A program made the translations under genes and the position numbers. DNA of 64,000 nucleotides from assembly GCA_039199965.1 (NCBI GenBank), contig JBCCSO010000001.1, forward strand, positions 2,191 through 66,190, written 5' to 3'. The notes under the pieces were generated by a model. That model was not told the origin of the DNA. It did no database searches and worked only from the letters and a program-made list of their open reading frames with translations. The stretch is from Chloroflexota bacterium. Its GTDB lineage: Bacteria; Chloroflexota; Anaerolineae; Promineifilales; Promineifilaceae. Of the stretch, positions 1 through 9,517 are shown piece after piece (within the stretch, counting starts at the first letter, position 1; each line of letters opens with the position of its first letter).

Positions 1-87
1 ACCTGCGTCGGGATGAGAGATGATGGCAAAAGTTCTTCTGCTACCAACTTGCTTTTTAATTTTTTCAGCTGAAATTTCTTCAGTCAT
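1..87 (-). CDS. prfC: Peptide chain release factor 3 (RF3), first 29 codons only; the gene runs off the left edge of the window
   Basis: The minus-strand ATG at 87..85 translates to MTEEISAEKIKKQVGSRRTFAIISHPDAG. This is the RRTFAIISHPDAG(KT) GTPase G1 opening typical of RF3. It is absent from the ORF track because it is truncated. Confidence 0.65.
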   Translation of the reverse strand, partial: MTEEISAEKIKKQVGSRRTFAIISHPDAG

Positions 88-169
88 GTATTTTATTTAT
101 AACACAGGAAAATTTTTAAGTCCCTGCGCTTTTTGATATGGAAGAGTCAATAATCTGGAATGATGACAC

Positions 170-200
170 AAAAAAGCGGCCACGGAAAATCCGTGACCGC
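170..200 (-). terminator. Intrinsic terminator downstream of the S41 peptidase gene
   Basis: Read on the minus strand: GCGGUCACGG-AUUUU-CCGUGGCCGC (10 bp, one G-U pair), followed by UUUUUU. It lies 33 nt after the stop at 233. Confidence 0.7.
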
Positions 201-232
201 CCGCAAATTATATTCAATTTTGACAGTTTTTG

Positions 233-2833
233 CTACCCGTCAGAGTCCTCTTCACCACTATCAGTTTCTTCAGAGTCAAAGATGCCGAAGGCGAAAGGAC
301 CGCTTGCTTCTGAATCGAATGCGGAAATCTCAACGATAATAACGATATCACCGGGGGCTTCAATACCCAAAAAACCGGGGTTGAAGTTTTTGGTATCGAT
401 ATCATCGTTAGAATCTAATAACTCGCCGCTTTCAGAGTAAATATTCATGATCAGATCAAGTGCCAGCATGTCTTCAGCCATCGCGACGATGTCAACAACT
501 TCACCTTCGTTCAATTTCACTTCGTAGAAAACTGAACTTCCTGCTTCTAACTCACCATCTACAATATCACCTAGCGCAAGGCTGCCAGCCAATTCTAGAT
601 CAGCCGATTCTTCACTTTCAGATTCATCAGAAGCCTCATCGTCTTCGGAGTCTTCTTCCTCTTCTTCAGGCTCTTCAGGCAGCTCGATTTCGCCTTGTAA
701 ATACAAGATTGCCGTTTCCAGAACAACGTCCTCTTCCGAAAAGAGCGTTTCCTCCGTTACGGGTACGACGATGTCAGGTTGGGCACCAATACCTTCTAGG
801 TGAATATTACCATCAGCGTCTACGGCGCGTCCGACTGTGTAGCGTACTGATTCACCTTCCGGCATGCGCAAGTCGTTGATACTACCACCCAGTCCAGCCG
901 ATGGATATTGACCGATGATCGCAGCACGATTTTGCAAAGTTAGATCGTAGCTGAAAAATTCACAAGCACTAGCGCAAGCTGGACCAACCAGTACCGCAAT
1001 GGTGCCATCATAATAAAGTGAACGGTCTGGAGGTAAGATTAGCTCTCTGGCATTTTCTGGTTTGATCAAGAACTCACCAGTTTCTTCGTCGAAGATCTCA
1101 GTATTTCCGGTGACAAGTGCCTCATCGAAGAAATAAGAGGCCATCATGTCCGCCAAGAATCCAAATCCGCCTCCATTTTGGCGCATATCAATAACCAGAG
1201 TGTCAATTTGATTGTCGTTCAAATTGCGAATCATCCGTTCCCATAATTGGATAGTTAGCAGCTGGTTATCTAAGAATCCGGTGATTTCGACGTAGCCGAT
1301 CCCTTCATCTAGTAACTCAAACTCAACGGGCAGTTCTAGACCTGTACGGCCGGTAAAAAATGATGATTGTGAGAAACTATCAAACTCTTGAACAGTGGAC
1401 AATGTTGCTGACAAGACGTCTGTAGAGTCTGGATTGATGTACTCAACTAAAATATCTGAGTTAGCAGGATAGCGTGTTGCATAACGGAGCTTTTGTAGCC
1501 GCTCAACATGCTCAGTACTAAATGGTGCAGACCAAGCGATCGTGTCATCTACATAGTTAGTGGTTGTAACGCCATCGATTGACACAATTTCTGCGCCCAG
1601 AGCGATCTCAGCATCTTCAGCCGGGCCACCCGGAAGCAAATAATTAACGATGATGCGGCCGTCGTCTACATCACGGATACCCATCCCGATACCGCCGCTA
1701 ATCGCGCTAATGAAGTCGCTCTGGACAAAACCACCGCTAATATGACCATCTGGAATCTCCCACAAAAAGTTCCGCAAAGCGCGGCGATAGTCATCTGGAT
1801 CCTCATCTTCTTCAGCTTCCTCGAAGAGAGGCATATACTTTTCCTTTAGGTCATCCCAGTCAACGCCTTTAATGTCGGTAAACGCATAGCTTTCACGCAG
1901 TTCTTCAACCAGCGCATCGAACGCTTCCGTGTAAGACAAATCTGAGAAATCGATCAGAGCGGCTCCTTCTGGCTCAAGGAGAGGAATATCCTGATTTCTT
2001 GAGCGATCAAAGGTAAAAGGAACAGTATCTAGATCCACAACGGTCCACCCTTGTGGTAGATCAATCATATCCTGATCATCATCAGTAAAGAGCAGACCAT
2101 CCTCCCCAAAGTTGATTGGGAAGCTTTGAGCATCATCTGGGGCATAAACAACCAACTTACCACCAACAATCTCTCGCTCTGTTTCTAGTTCAGTACTGGT
2201 GCGGGTAGATGCATAAGCAGTTGACCATCCACCACCAGACATATCGCGCTCTTCAAGAAACGGACCACCGTAGGTGTTGTCCCAGTAAGCAACAGCGTAA
2301 ATTTGGACACCCTGCTCATCCTCACCGTCATTGTCGACGTCACGCTCCCCACCTTTTGGCTCGATGGGAAGAACCATGCTGTATGAGAAAGGCGACTGCT
2401 TGAAGTCTGAGGTAATCTGGCCCAAAACTTGTGATTCAAGCGGGAATAGATAGACGCGATTGCGATCAACAAACCCTGTTTGATCTTCAAGGATGACGAG
2501 TGGCTGGACGGTTCCTTCACCGAAAAACGGATTTGTATAGGTCAACTCTCCCGTGATTGAGGCTAAACCACCTTCATCTGCATTGATAAAGGGACTGTCG
2601 TCTTCGTCGCCCTCGTCATCTTGCTCAGTTTCACCCTCTTCTTCTGACTCCTCATCTGTGTCGCTTTCGGTTTCAGAATCTTCATCCTCATCGTCATCTT
2701 GGCTGGGTAGTAAACCATCGTTTGAGGGGGGCGCAATTAGTGTGTTTTCTGTCAGTTGGGGAGATGCAAGGGCAGCGGCCGTAAACGAGGCCAATAAAAG
2801 TGATACAACGATAAAGATCAATGATTTTTTCAT
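233..2833 (-). CDS. Secreted S41-family serine peptidase with a C-terminal PPC-like beta-sandwich and long acidic linkers
   Basis: 866-aa ORF. The signal peptide is MKKSLIFIVVSLLLASFTAAALA. The S41-like blocks RQNGGGFGF and GPACASACEFF (A-S-A-x-E nucleophile block) are present. The C-terminal GDIVDGELEAGSSVFYEV looks like a pre-peptidase C-terminal domain. D/E/S-rich tracts occur at both ends. Confidence 0.7.
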   Translation of the reverse strand: MKKSLIFIVVSLLLASFTAAALASPQLTENTLIAPPSNDGLLPSQDDDEDEDSETESDTDEESEEEGETEQDDEGDEDDSPFINADEGGLASITGELTYTNPFFGEGTVQPLVILEDQTGFVDRNRVYLFPLESQVLGQITSDFKQSPFSYSMVLPIEPKGGERDVDNDGEDEQGVQIYAVAYWDNTYGGPFLEERDMSGGGWSTAYASTRTSTELETEREIVGGKLVVYAPDDAQSFPINFGEDGLLFTDDDQDMIDLPQGWTVVDLDTVPFTFDRSRNQDIPLLEPEGAALIDFSDLSYTEAFDALVEELRESYAFTDIKGVDWDDLKEKYMPLFEEAEEDEDPDDYRRALRNFLWEIPDGHISGGFVQSDFISAISGGIGMGIRDVDDGRIIVNYLLPGGPAEDAEIALGAEIVSIDGVTTTNYVDDTIAWSAPFSTEHVERLQKLRYATRYPANSDILVEYINPDSTDVLSATLSTVQEFDSFSQSSFFTGRTGLELPVEFELLDEGIGYVEITGFLDNQLLTIQLWERMIRNLNDNQIDTLVIDMRQNGGGFGFLADMMASYFFDEALVTGNTEIFDEETGEFLIKPENARELILPPDRSLYYDGTIAVLVGPACASACEFFSYDLTLQNRAAIIGQYPSAGLGGSINDLRMPEGESVRYTVGRAVDADGNIHLEGIGAQPDIVVPVTEETLFSEEDVVLETAILYLQGEIELPEEPEEEEEDSEDDEASDESESEESADLELAGSLALGDIVDGELEAGSSVFYEVKLNEGEVVDIVAMAEDMLALDLIMNIYSESGELLDSNDDIDTKNFNPGFLGIEAPGDIVIIVEISAFDSEASGPFAFGIFDSEETDSGEEDSDG

Positions 2834-2957
2834 GTCCGAATCCTACTAAAATTTTTTTGATGTATGCACAGAATCCCGGTTCACTCAGTATCAGGCCATA
2901 TTATGTGAGACCATAGTCCTGTGAGCAACTGATTGAAGTATGATTTTAATATAGATA

Positions 2958-2985
2958 GTAAAAAGGCCCGGAATTCCGGGCCTTT
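2958..2985 (-). terminator. Intrinsic terminator downstream of the zinc metallopeptidase gene
   Basis: GGCCCGGAATTCCGGGCC forms a perfect hairpin at 2965..2982. On the minus strand it is followed by TTTTT. Confidence 0.75.
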
Positions 2986-3022
2986 GAGCGAAAGCTACTA
3001 TGGGTAGTGGTTCAAATAGTTC

Positions 3023-3730
3023 TTAATCGCGTCGGCCGAATAAGATGAAAGCGTAGTACAAAACTTGCATAATCGCCTGAATAGCAGCTGCAACATATGT
3101 TAGGGCTGCCGCGTTCAGAACCGCATTTACCCCTTGCATTTCATCTTTAAAAAGAATGCCATGCTCAGTGAGCAGCGCCTTCGCCCGACGGCTAGCATCG
3201 AACTCGACCGGCAGGGTTACAACAGCAAACACTGCCACAGCCCCATATAAAATCATTCCCAATACAGCAATATAAAAGCCGATCGGCGAATTCAAGAATG
3301 AAACAAGCAGCAAGCCGCCCATAAACATCCAAGTACCCCATTGGCTGCCGAATTGAACGGTTGGAACCAACGCACTACGAACAGTTAAGGGACCATAGTT
3401 CTGCGCGTCTTGAAGCGCATGCCCCATCTCATGTGCCGCGATTCCGGCCGCTGCCACACTGCGGGAATCGTGTGTTGCTTCACTCAGGCGCAGTACTTTG
3501 CCGCGTGGGTCATAGTGATCTGTTAAATTACCAGCGGTCCGCTCAACCTGAACATTATATAATCCTTCCGCGTCCAGCATCCGACGTGCAACCTCTGCTC
3601 CGGTCATTCCGCTAGCAGTACCAACCTTTGAGTATTTGTTAAAGTTGCTCTTTACACGCCATTGCGCCCATAGGCCCAATAAGAGAGGTGGCACGACAAA
3701 TAGTAAGTAAGGTCCGAAACTTCCAAACAT
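3023..3730 (-). CDS. Membrane zinc metallopeptidase, YugP-like (putative neutral zinc metallopeptidase family)
   Basis: 235 aa with the HEMGHA zinc motif. Hydrophobic helices occur at the N-terminus and in the C-terminal half. The overall layout matches the YugP/Zn_peptidase_2 family. Confidence 0.75.
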   Translation of the reverse strand: MFGSFGPYLLFVVPPLLLGLWAQWRVKSNFNKYSKVGTASGMTGAEVARRMLDAEGLYNVQVERTAGNLTDHYDPRGKVLRLSEATHDSRSVAAAGIAAHEMGHALQDAQNYGPLTVRSALVPTVQFGSQWGTWMFMGGLLLVSFLNSPIGFYIAVLGMILYGAVAVFAVVTLPVEFDASRRAKALLTEHGILFKDEMQGVNAVLNAAALTYVAAAIQAIMQVLYYAFILFGRRD

Positions 3731-3955
3731 AGAGTTATAATCCTCCGGGATTTTTAGCTGCTAAAACTCAACTGTGTTGAGTGATATTTTTCAATGAATT
3801 ACCGTATATTACACGGTTTACCAAGCATTACGTGATTACGCTCAAAAAATGTTAAGACAGTTCATGATCTTAACAAAGTTTTTAGATTTTTTCATCCCAA
3901 TTACTAGACTAATGCGCGGTCGTATGCAGTGTATCGCACACTTTTGAACCCATTG

Positions 3956-5260
3956 ATGATCAAGAAATTAAGAGATGGTTTAACCCTCCGTACAGCCACA
4001 AAAAACGACGTAAATAATATCGCTAAATTTAATGGACGTTTGCATGAAGAGCCGGGTGAGGAAGGTAAGATCGTGGCTTGGTCACAGGATTTATTATCAG
4101 GCCTGCATCCAACAACATCTACAAAAGATTTTTTTGTTGTTGAAACAGAAAGTGGTGAAATCGTTTCATCAACGTGCAACATTCCTCAAACGTGGACGTA
4201 CGAGGATGTTTCTTTCCCAGTTGGGCGACCTGAGTTAGTGGCTACGGATGAAAATTGGCGTAAAAGAGGGCTAGTACGTGAACAGTTTGATGCTCTGCAC
4301 AAGATAAGTGAGTCAAATGGGGATTTGATGCAGGTGATCACTGGTATTCCTTGGTATTACAGACAGTTTGGCTACAGCCATGCACTTGATTTAGGCGGTG
4401 CGAGGCTGTTTGATTGGCATCGGCCGGGCAATAATCCAAAAATCAATGAGGAAGATGAAGCGTTTCAGCACCGTGAGGCCAAAGTGTCAGATATTGCTAT
4501 TCTGCAAGCATACTATCATATACACGGCTTCGATTATCTCATTAACTGCGAGCGTACAAAAATGATTTGGGCTCACGAATTAACCGGCCGATCAAAAGAT
4601 TCAATTTACAAAAAAAGTTATTGGATAGTCACCCGCAGGAACGGTGATCCTGTAGGCTATATTGGATTTGTTGTATGGCCAGTTGGGCTGTCAATCCAAG
4701 AAATTGCTTGTGATCCGAATCAATCAATGCGAGAGTTTTGCTTGTATGTTACAAGAGCCTTAAACCGATGGCGTAAGGGGCACAATCAATCTGAAGAGGA
4801 TCGGATAGAACGGCTTCTATTTTATTTAGGATATGATCATAAAGCCTATCAAGCACTCGGCCCTCAGCTTGGCCGTCAAGGCAAATCATATGCTTGGTAC
4901 ATACGCATTCCTGATATTCCTAAGTTTTTATTGCATATTCGGCCGGTACTTGAGCGACGTTTGGCAAATAGCGTGATGGTAAACCACACAGGACAGCATA
5001 AAGTAAATTTATATCAAGAACACTTTTACCTTGACTTCAAACAGGGCAAGATCACGTCAATCAAGCCATACATCCCAACACTTCCGCAAGATGGTCAAAC
5101 TCTTTTCACCCGGCCAGAATTTATTCAGCTCATTTGCGGCCATCGTTCATATGAAGAAATTAGCTTTATTCATGTTGACTGCGGCGGAAATGCAGAATCT
5201 AGTATCCTGATGAATATTTTATTTCCAAAAAAGCCCAGCCAGCCGATTGGGCTAACGTAA
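3956..5260 (+). CDS. GNAT-family N-acetyltransferase, Eis-like architecture with an extended C-terminal domain
   Basis: The acetyl-CoA binding block is WRKRGLVREQFDALH. The length of about 430 aa is typical of Eis-type GNATs with an extra C-terminal domain. The ORF track starts at GTG 3929; ATG 3956 (MIKKLRDG...) is the alternative start used here. Confidence 0.6.
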   Translation: MIKKLRDGLTLRTATKNDVNNIAKFNGRLHEEPGEEGKIVAWSQDLLSGLHPTTSTKDFFVVETESGEIVSSTCNIPQTWTYEDVSFPVGRPELVATDENWRKRGLVREQFDALHKISESNGDLMQVITGIPWYYRQFGYSHALDLGGARLFDWHRPGNNPKINEEDEAFQHREAKVSDIAILQAYYHIHGFDYLINCERTKMIWAHELTGRSKDSIYKKSYWIVTRRNGDPVGYIGFVVWPVGLSIQEIACDPNQSMREFCLYVTRALNRWRKGHNQSEEDRIERLLFYLGYDHKAYQALGPQLGRQGKSYAWYIRIPDIPKFLLHIRPVLERRLANSVMVNHTGQHKVNLYQEHFYLDFKQGKITSIKPYIPTLPQDGQTLFTRPEFIQLICGHRSYEEISFIHVDCGGNAESSILMNILFPKKPSQPIGLT

Positions 5261-5264
5261 CCGT

Positions 5265-6236
5265 ATGCAAATTGATCCAATACTAGCCCCTTTTTTACAA
5301 GGGGGTCAAACACTTATTCTGGATGGCGGCTTAGCCACTGAGCTTGAAAAACGTGGGTTTGATTTAGACCATGACTTGTGGTCTGCGAAGATACTTTTAG
5401 AGAATCCTGAGGCTATTAAGCAACTCCACATAGATTACTTGCTCGCTGGAGCAGACTGCATCATTACAGCCACTTACCAAGCTACAATCCAAGGTTTGCA
5501 AACATTTGGTCTGTCTCATAGGGAATCGGTCGATCTTATGAAGTTGGCGGTTGATTTAGCAATAGATGCTCGAGACGAGTTTTGGTCTGTGGAAGAAAAT
5601 CGAGTAGGTCGTCGGCAACCTTTAGTTGCAGCTAGTGTCGGGCCTTACGGAGCATATCTCGCTGATGGGTCTGAATACCGTGGCGACTATGGTTTATCAG
5701 CAGAAGAACTTGTTTCATTTCATGCGGAACGTTGGTGGATTCTGGCTCAGTCAGGGGCTGACTTTCTGGTTTGTGAAACCACCCCATCGATTGTAGAGGC
5801 GAAAGCATATGCGATGCTGCTTAGTCAGAATCAAACGGTGCGGGCTGCGATCTCTTTTTCTTGCTTTGATGAGGCTTCCATCTGTGATAAGACTCGCATT
5901 GACCAATTTAGCAAGCACCAGTTTGACTATGCGAATTTTATTTCCATAGGCATAAACTGCACGTCGCCGCAGTACATTCCGGAGCTTATTCAAGAGTTTC
6001 AAAAAATCACCGAAAAACCTATTATCATTTACCCAAACTCCGGTGAAGAGTGGGATGCTGAACATCACTGCTGGACAGGCACTACCCACCCAGAAGAGTT
6101 TGGCACGGCCGTACGTGAGTGGCGTAGAATGGGTGCTGGGATCATAGGGGGATGCTGTCGGACAGGCCCTAATCACATTGAAGCGATTAGTACACGCCTG
6201 CGCAAACCTAACGCCTCTGATCCAATCGACATATAA
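5265..6236 (+). CDS. mmuM: Homocysteine S-methyltransferase
   Basis: 323 aa. The N-terminal LILDGGLATELE and C-terminal zinc-ligand block IIGGCCRTGPNHI are diagnostic of the Pfam S-methyl_trans family (MmuM/YbgG-like). Confidence 0.8.
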   Translation: MQIDPILAPFLQGGQTLILDGGLATELEKRGFDLDHDLWSAKILLENPEAIKQLHIDYLLAGADCIITATYQATIQGLQTFGLSHRESVDLMKLAVDLAIDARDEFWSVEENRVGRRQPLVAASVGPYGAYLADGSEYRGDYGLSAEELVSFHAERWWILAQSGADFLVCETTPSIVEAKAYAMLLSQNQTVRAAISFSCFDEASICDKTRIDQFSKHQFDYANFISIGINCTSPQYIPELIQEFQKITEKPIIIYPNSGEEWDAEHHCWTGTTHPEEFGTAVREWRRMGAGIIGGCCRTGPNHIEAISTRLRKPNASDPIDI

Positions 6237-6244
6237 TCTGCACC

Positions 6245-7234
6245 ATGACATTATTGGAAGAAATCCTTCAGGCTGAAGACCGAACCCGCCAGCACATTCG
6301 TGAAACCTTCTTAGATTTTTCGCCCCGTTTCAGTGAAATAGTTGGCGGGCACGTTCTGTTTAAGCTTGAAAATCAGCAGCACACGGGCTCTTTTAAGCTT
6401 CGCGGAGCCATGAATCGAATTTATTCGCTGAGCCCTGCAGAGGCGAAACAGGGAATCGTAACAGCTTCGAGTGGCAATCATGGAGCGGCCGTCGCAAAAG
6501 CCTTGACCCTGTTTGATACACCGGGCATCGTTTACGTACCAGTGGGAACATCAAAAACTAAAGTAGAGAACATGGAGCAATATGGTATTGAAGTTCGATA
6601 TGAAGGAGATGATGGCGTCGTTGCGGAGCTAGCTGCTAGAAATTTTGCAAATGCTTCAGGCAAGACTTTTATTTCACCCTACAATGATCTACAAGTGGCG
6701 GCTGGACAAGGAACCTGTGCGGTTGAAATTGAGCGGCAATTATCTCGCGAATCGGCCGATTATGTTTTTGTAGCCGTTGGCGGTGGTGGGTTAATTTCTG
6801 GGATCGGTTGCTATCTCAAGTCAGTCTGGCCCAATGTCAAAATCATCGGCTGTCAACCTGCTCATTCAGACGTGATGGCGCAGTCAATTAAGGCTGGGGA
6901 AATCTTAGATCTGCCATCCCTTCCAACTCTAAGCGATGGCACGGCTGGAGGAATTGAGCCAAACGCAATCACATTTAATTTTGTGCAGAAGTACGTAGAT
7001 GAGTTTGCAATCGTCACAGAAAAAGAAATTGCTAATGCGATGACCCAATATATGTCAATTCATCACCAGATGATTGAAGGAGCAGCTGGGGTTGCCGTTG
7101 CCGGATTGCTTCAGAAAAAAGCAGAAATTCAAGGAAAGACATCGGTTGTGATTATCTGCGGTGGCAATATCGGCATGGATACTCTTGCAAATGTGATCAA
7201 CCAAACCTTAGATATAGATAAAGGTGGCAAATGA
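6245..7234 (+). CDS. PLP-dependent threonine/serine dehydratase-family enzyme (fold type II)
   Basis: The PLP-lysine motif is HTGSFKLRGA. The glycine loop VAVGGGGLISG is present. At 329 aa it has no ACT regulatory domain. Confidence 0.75.
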   Translation: MTLLEEILQAEDRTRQHIRETFLDFSPRFSEIVGGHVLFKLENQQHTGSFKLRGAMNRIYSLSPAEAKQGIVTASSGNHGAAVAKALTLFDTPGIVYVPVGTSKTKVENMEQYGIEVRYEGDDGVVAELAARNFANASGKTFISPYNDLQVAAGQGTCAVEIERQLSRESADYVFVAVGGGGLISGIGCYLKSVWPNVKIIGCQPAHSDVMAQSIKAGEILDLPSLPTLSDGTAGGIEPNAITFNFVQKYVDEFAIVTEKEIANAMTQYMSIHHQMIEGAAGVAVAGLLQKKAEIQGKTSVVIICGGNIGMDTLANVINQTLDIDKGGK

Positions 7235-8421
7235 GTCCAAAAGCGCTTGATGACGTCCGGGTCATCGATCTTTCGCGCATCCTCGCCGGCCCGTACATTG
7301 GCATGCTGCTGGGGGACTACGGAGCAGATGTAATCAAAATTGAACAACCCGAAATCGGTGATGGAACACGGCAATGGGGCCCACCGTGGGTGGGGAGTGA
7401 AGCCGCATATTTTTTTGCAGCCAATCGGAACAAACGCAGTCTCACCCTAAACCTAAAAAGCAGTGAAGGATTAGGCATTCTGCATCAGCTTTTAGAATCG
7501 GCCGATGTCTTAATTGAAAATTTCAAAGTAGGCGGGCTTGCAAAACTAGGACTTGATTATGAGACCTTGGCAAAAAAGTACCCTCGCTTGATTTACGTTT
7601 CTGTGACCGGCTATGGTCAAACTGGACCAGAAAAAGACAAACCGGGGTACGACGCAATGATTCAAGCTCAGGGTGGGATCATGTCAATTACCGGCCCAGA
7701 CAATGGCATGCCACACAAGGTTGGGGTAGCAGTCGTAGACGTTACAACAGGGCTGTACGCTACAACGGCCGTTTTAGCCGCCTTGCTTCATAGAGAAAGG
7801 ACCGGTCAGGGGCAGCAAATTGATATCGCCCTTCTCGACGCACAGGTTGGCTGGCTTGTCAATATTGCCCAGAACTACTTGGCAACGGGTGAAACACCTC
7901 AACGGTATGGGAATGCTCATCCAAGCTTGGTTCCCTACGAAACATTTGAAACTGCTGACGGTCACATCGTGCTGGCGATTGGGAGTGATGATCAGTTCAG
8001 AAAACTTTGCACATCTGCTAACCGTCATGATTTATGGGAAGATAATCGATTCAAAACCAACGCATCAAGGGTTGAGCACAGAGAAATACTGGTACCAATC
8101 CTTCGCAAAATGATGGCTACACGCAGCTCCAATAGCTGGCTAAAGCTTTGCCAATCGATTAACGTCCCGGCCGGGCCAATCAATACCATCGACACAGTTC
8201 TAGAAAGCGACCAAGTACAAGCAAGACAAATGGTTCAAAGTGTCAAACACTCAATTGAAGGTGGCATAAAAATCCTTGGCCCAGTTCCCAAACTGTCTAA
8301 GTCTCCGGCCGAAATTTTTCTACCCCCTCCAGCTTTAAGCGAGCATACAGATGAAATTCTTAAAGGGTTGGGTTACACTTTGGGAGAAATAGCGCGGCTA
8401 AAGGAAAAGCGAGTCATCTAG
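7231..8421 (+). CDS. Family III CoA-transferase (CaiB/BaiF family)
   Basis: The N-terminal VRVIDLSRILAGPYIGMLLGDYGADVIKIE and the ENFKVGGLAKLGLDYE blocks are typical of CoA_transf_3. The start overlaps the upstream stop by 4 nt. Confidence 0.8.
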   Translation: MSPKALDDVRVIDLSRILAGPYIGMLLGDYGADVIKIEQPEIGDGTRQWGPPWVGSEAAYFFAANRNKRSLTLNLKSSEGLGILHQLLESADVLIENFKVGGLAKLGLDYETLAKKYPRLIYVSVTGYGQTGPEKDKPGYDAMIQAQGGIMSITGPDNGMPHKVGVAVVDVTTGLYATTAVLAALLHRERTGQGQQIDIALLDAQVGWLVNIAQNYLATGETPQRYGNAHPSLVPYETFETADGHIVLAIGSDDQFRKLCTSANRHDLWEDNRFKTNASRVEHREILVPILRKMMATRSSNSWLKLCQSINVPAGPINTIDTVLESDQVQARQMVQSVKHSIEGGIKILGPVPKLSKSPAEIFLPPPALSEHTDEILKGLGYTLGEIARLKEKRVI

Positions 8422-8455
8422 CTCTGCTGCGCTCTGAAGAGGAAAAGGAGGAAAT

Positions 8456-9286
8456 ATGGCCTTCCCTATTTATCAGGTAGACGCCTTCACGCATATACCA
8501 TATCGAGGCAACCCGGCAGCCGTCTTAATCTTAGACAAAATGAAGCCATCTGACTGGATGCAAAAAGTAGCTGCAGAGATGAATCTGTCTGAAACCGCCT
8601 TCGTTGCGCCTAACGTAGATCCGTTCAAGCGGGTCTGGCAGCTAAAATGGTTTACCCCAGCAACCGAGGTTGAACTTTGCGGACACGCAACAATTGCTAC
8701 AGCCCACGTTCTTTTCTCAGAGGGCTACGTGAAGCCAAACGAACCAGCCCGGTTTGATACGCTCTCTGGCGAATTATCAGCCATCAAGAATACGGGCAGT
8801 TGGATCGAGCTGAACTTCCCAACCTCTTCACTGCAAGATATAACCGTTCCTGCAGAACAGGTGGAAGCCGCTATTGGGACCAAACCGGTCGCTATCAAAA
8901 AAGCCAGCTTTGATCAAGAGTTCGACTGGTTGATTGAGCTCCCATCTTCTCAGGCAGTAAGAGATTTCAAGGTAGATGTAACTGCAATCGCAAAGCTGGG
9001 CGGGAGAGGTGTGTGTATAACGAGCCAGGGTGGAGCCGAAGATAATGGCAAACCAGATTTTGTCTCACGCTTCTTTGCCCCAAATGTTGGCGTTGATGAG
9101 GATCCTGTCACGGGTTCAGCCCACTGCTATCTTTCAGCCTACTGGGCCAAAAAGCTTAACAAAACTGAATTGACAGCCCATCAGGTTTCAAGCAGAGGAG
9201 GCACATTGAAAATCACACTAGATGGAAAAAGGACGAAAATCTCCGGCCGAGCTGTCACAATTTTTAAAGGGAATCTGCTCAAGTAA
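8456..9286 (+). CDS. PhzF-family isomerase-like protein
   Basis: The opening is MAFPIYQVDAFT...GNPAAV. The segments ETAF and EVELCGHATIA and the late GSAHC block fit the PhzF/YddE fold family. Confidence 0.75.
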   Translation: MAFPIYQVDAFTHIPYRGNPAAVLILDKMKPSDWMQKVAAEMNLSETAFVAPNVDPFKRVWQLKWFTPATEVELCGHATIATAHVLFSEGYVKPNEPARFDTLSGELSAIKNTGSWIELNFPTSSLQDITVPAEQVEAAIGTKPVAIKKASFDQEFDWLIELPSSQAVRDFKVDVTAIAKLGGRGVCITSQGGAEDNGKPDFVSRFFAPNVGVDEDPVTGSAHCYLSAYWAKKLNKTELTAHQVSSRGGTLKITLDGKRTKISGRAVTIFKGNLLK

Positions 9287-9446
9287 TCAACAAGGCCCAA
9301 GCTCACCTAGTTTGCCACATTACGCGCTTTTATTACGGTTTCTGAAACCATCTTCTCAAAATTCTCCAATTCTTGTCATATTAATTGGGTTTACCATTAC
9401 TACAACCATTACTGGTGGTACACTCTGGATGCATAGGCTCCCCCCC

Positions 9447-9492
9447 GAGGTGATGGAGATAACGCCCGTTGTTTCCACACCTCATTTTTTTT
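9447..9492 (+). terminator. Probable intrinsic terminator after the mmuM to phzF gene string
   Basis: GAGGTG(A)TGGA...TTCCACACCTC forms an imperfect stem, followed by a run of 8 T. It lies 160 nt downstream of the phzF-like stop. Confidence 0.5.
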
Positions 9493-9517
9493 GCTTACAA
9501 CCAAATCGATAGCCGAT

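Noticed and set aside
460-879. Long antisense or alternative-frame ORFs inside large genes (e.g. 460..879, 2553..2849, 10641..11027, 24699..25209, 27159..27458, 32443..32964, 51438..52355)
   Set aside because: Each overlaps a longer ORF that has strong family motifs. Their translations are low-complexity (rich in Ser/Pro/Arg/His), typical of the opposite strand of acidic or GC-rich coding sequence.
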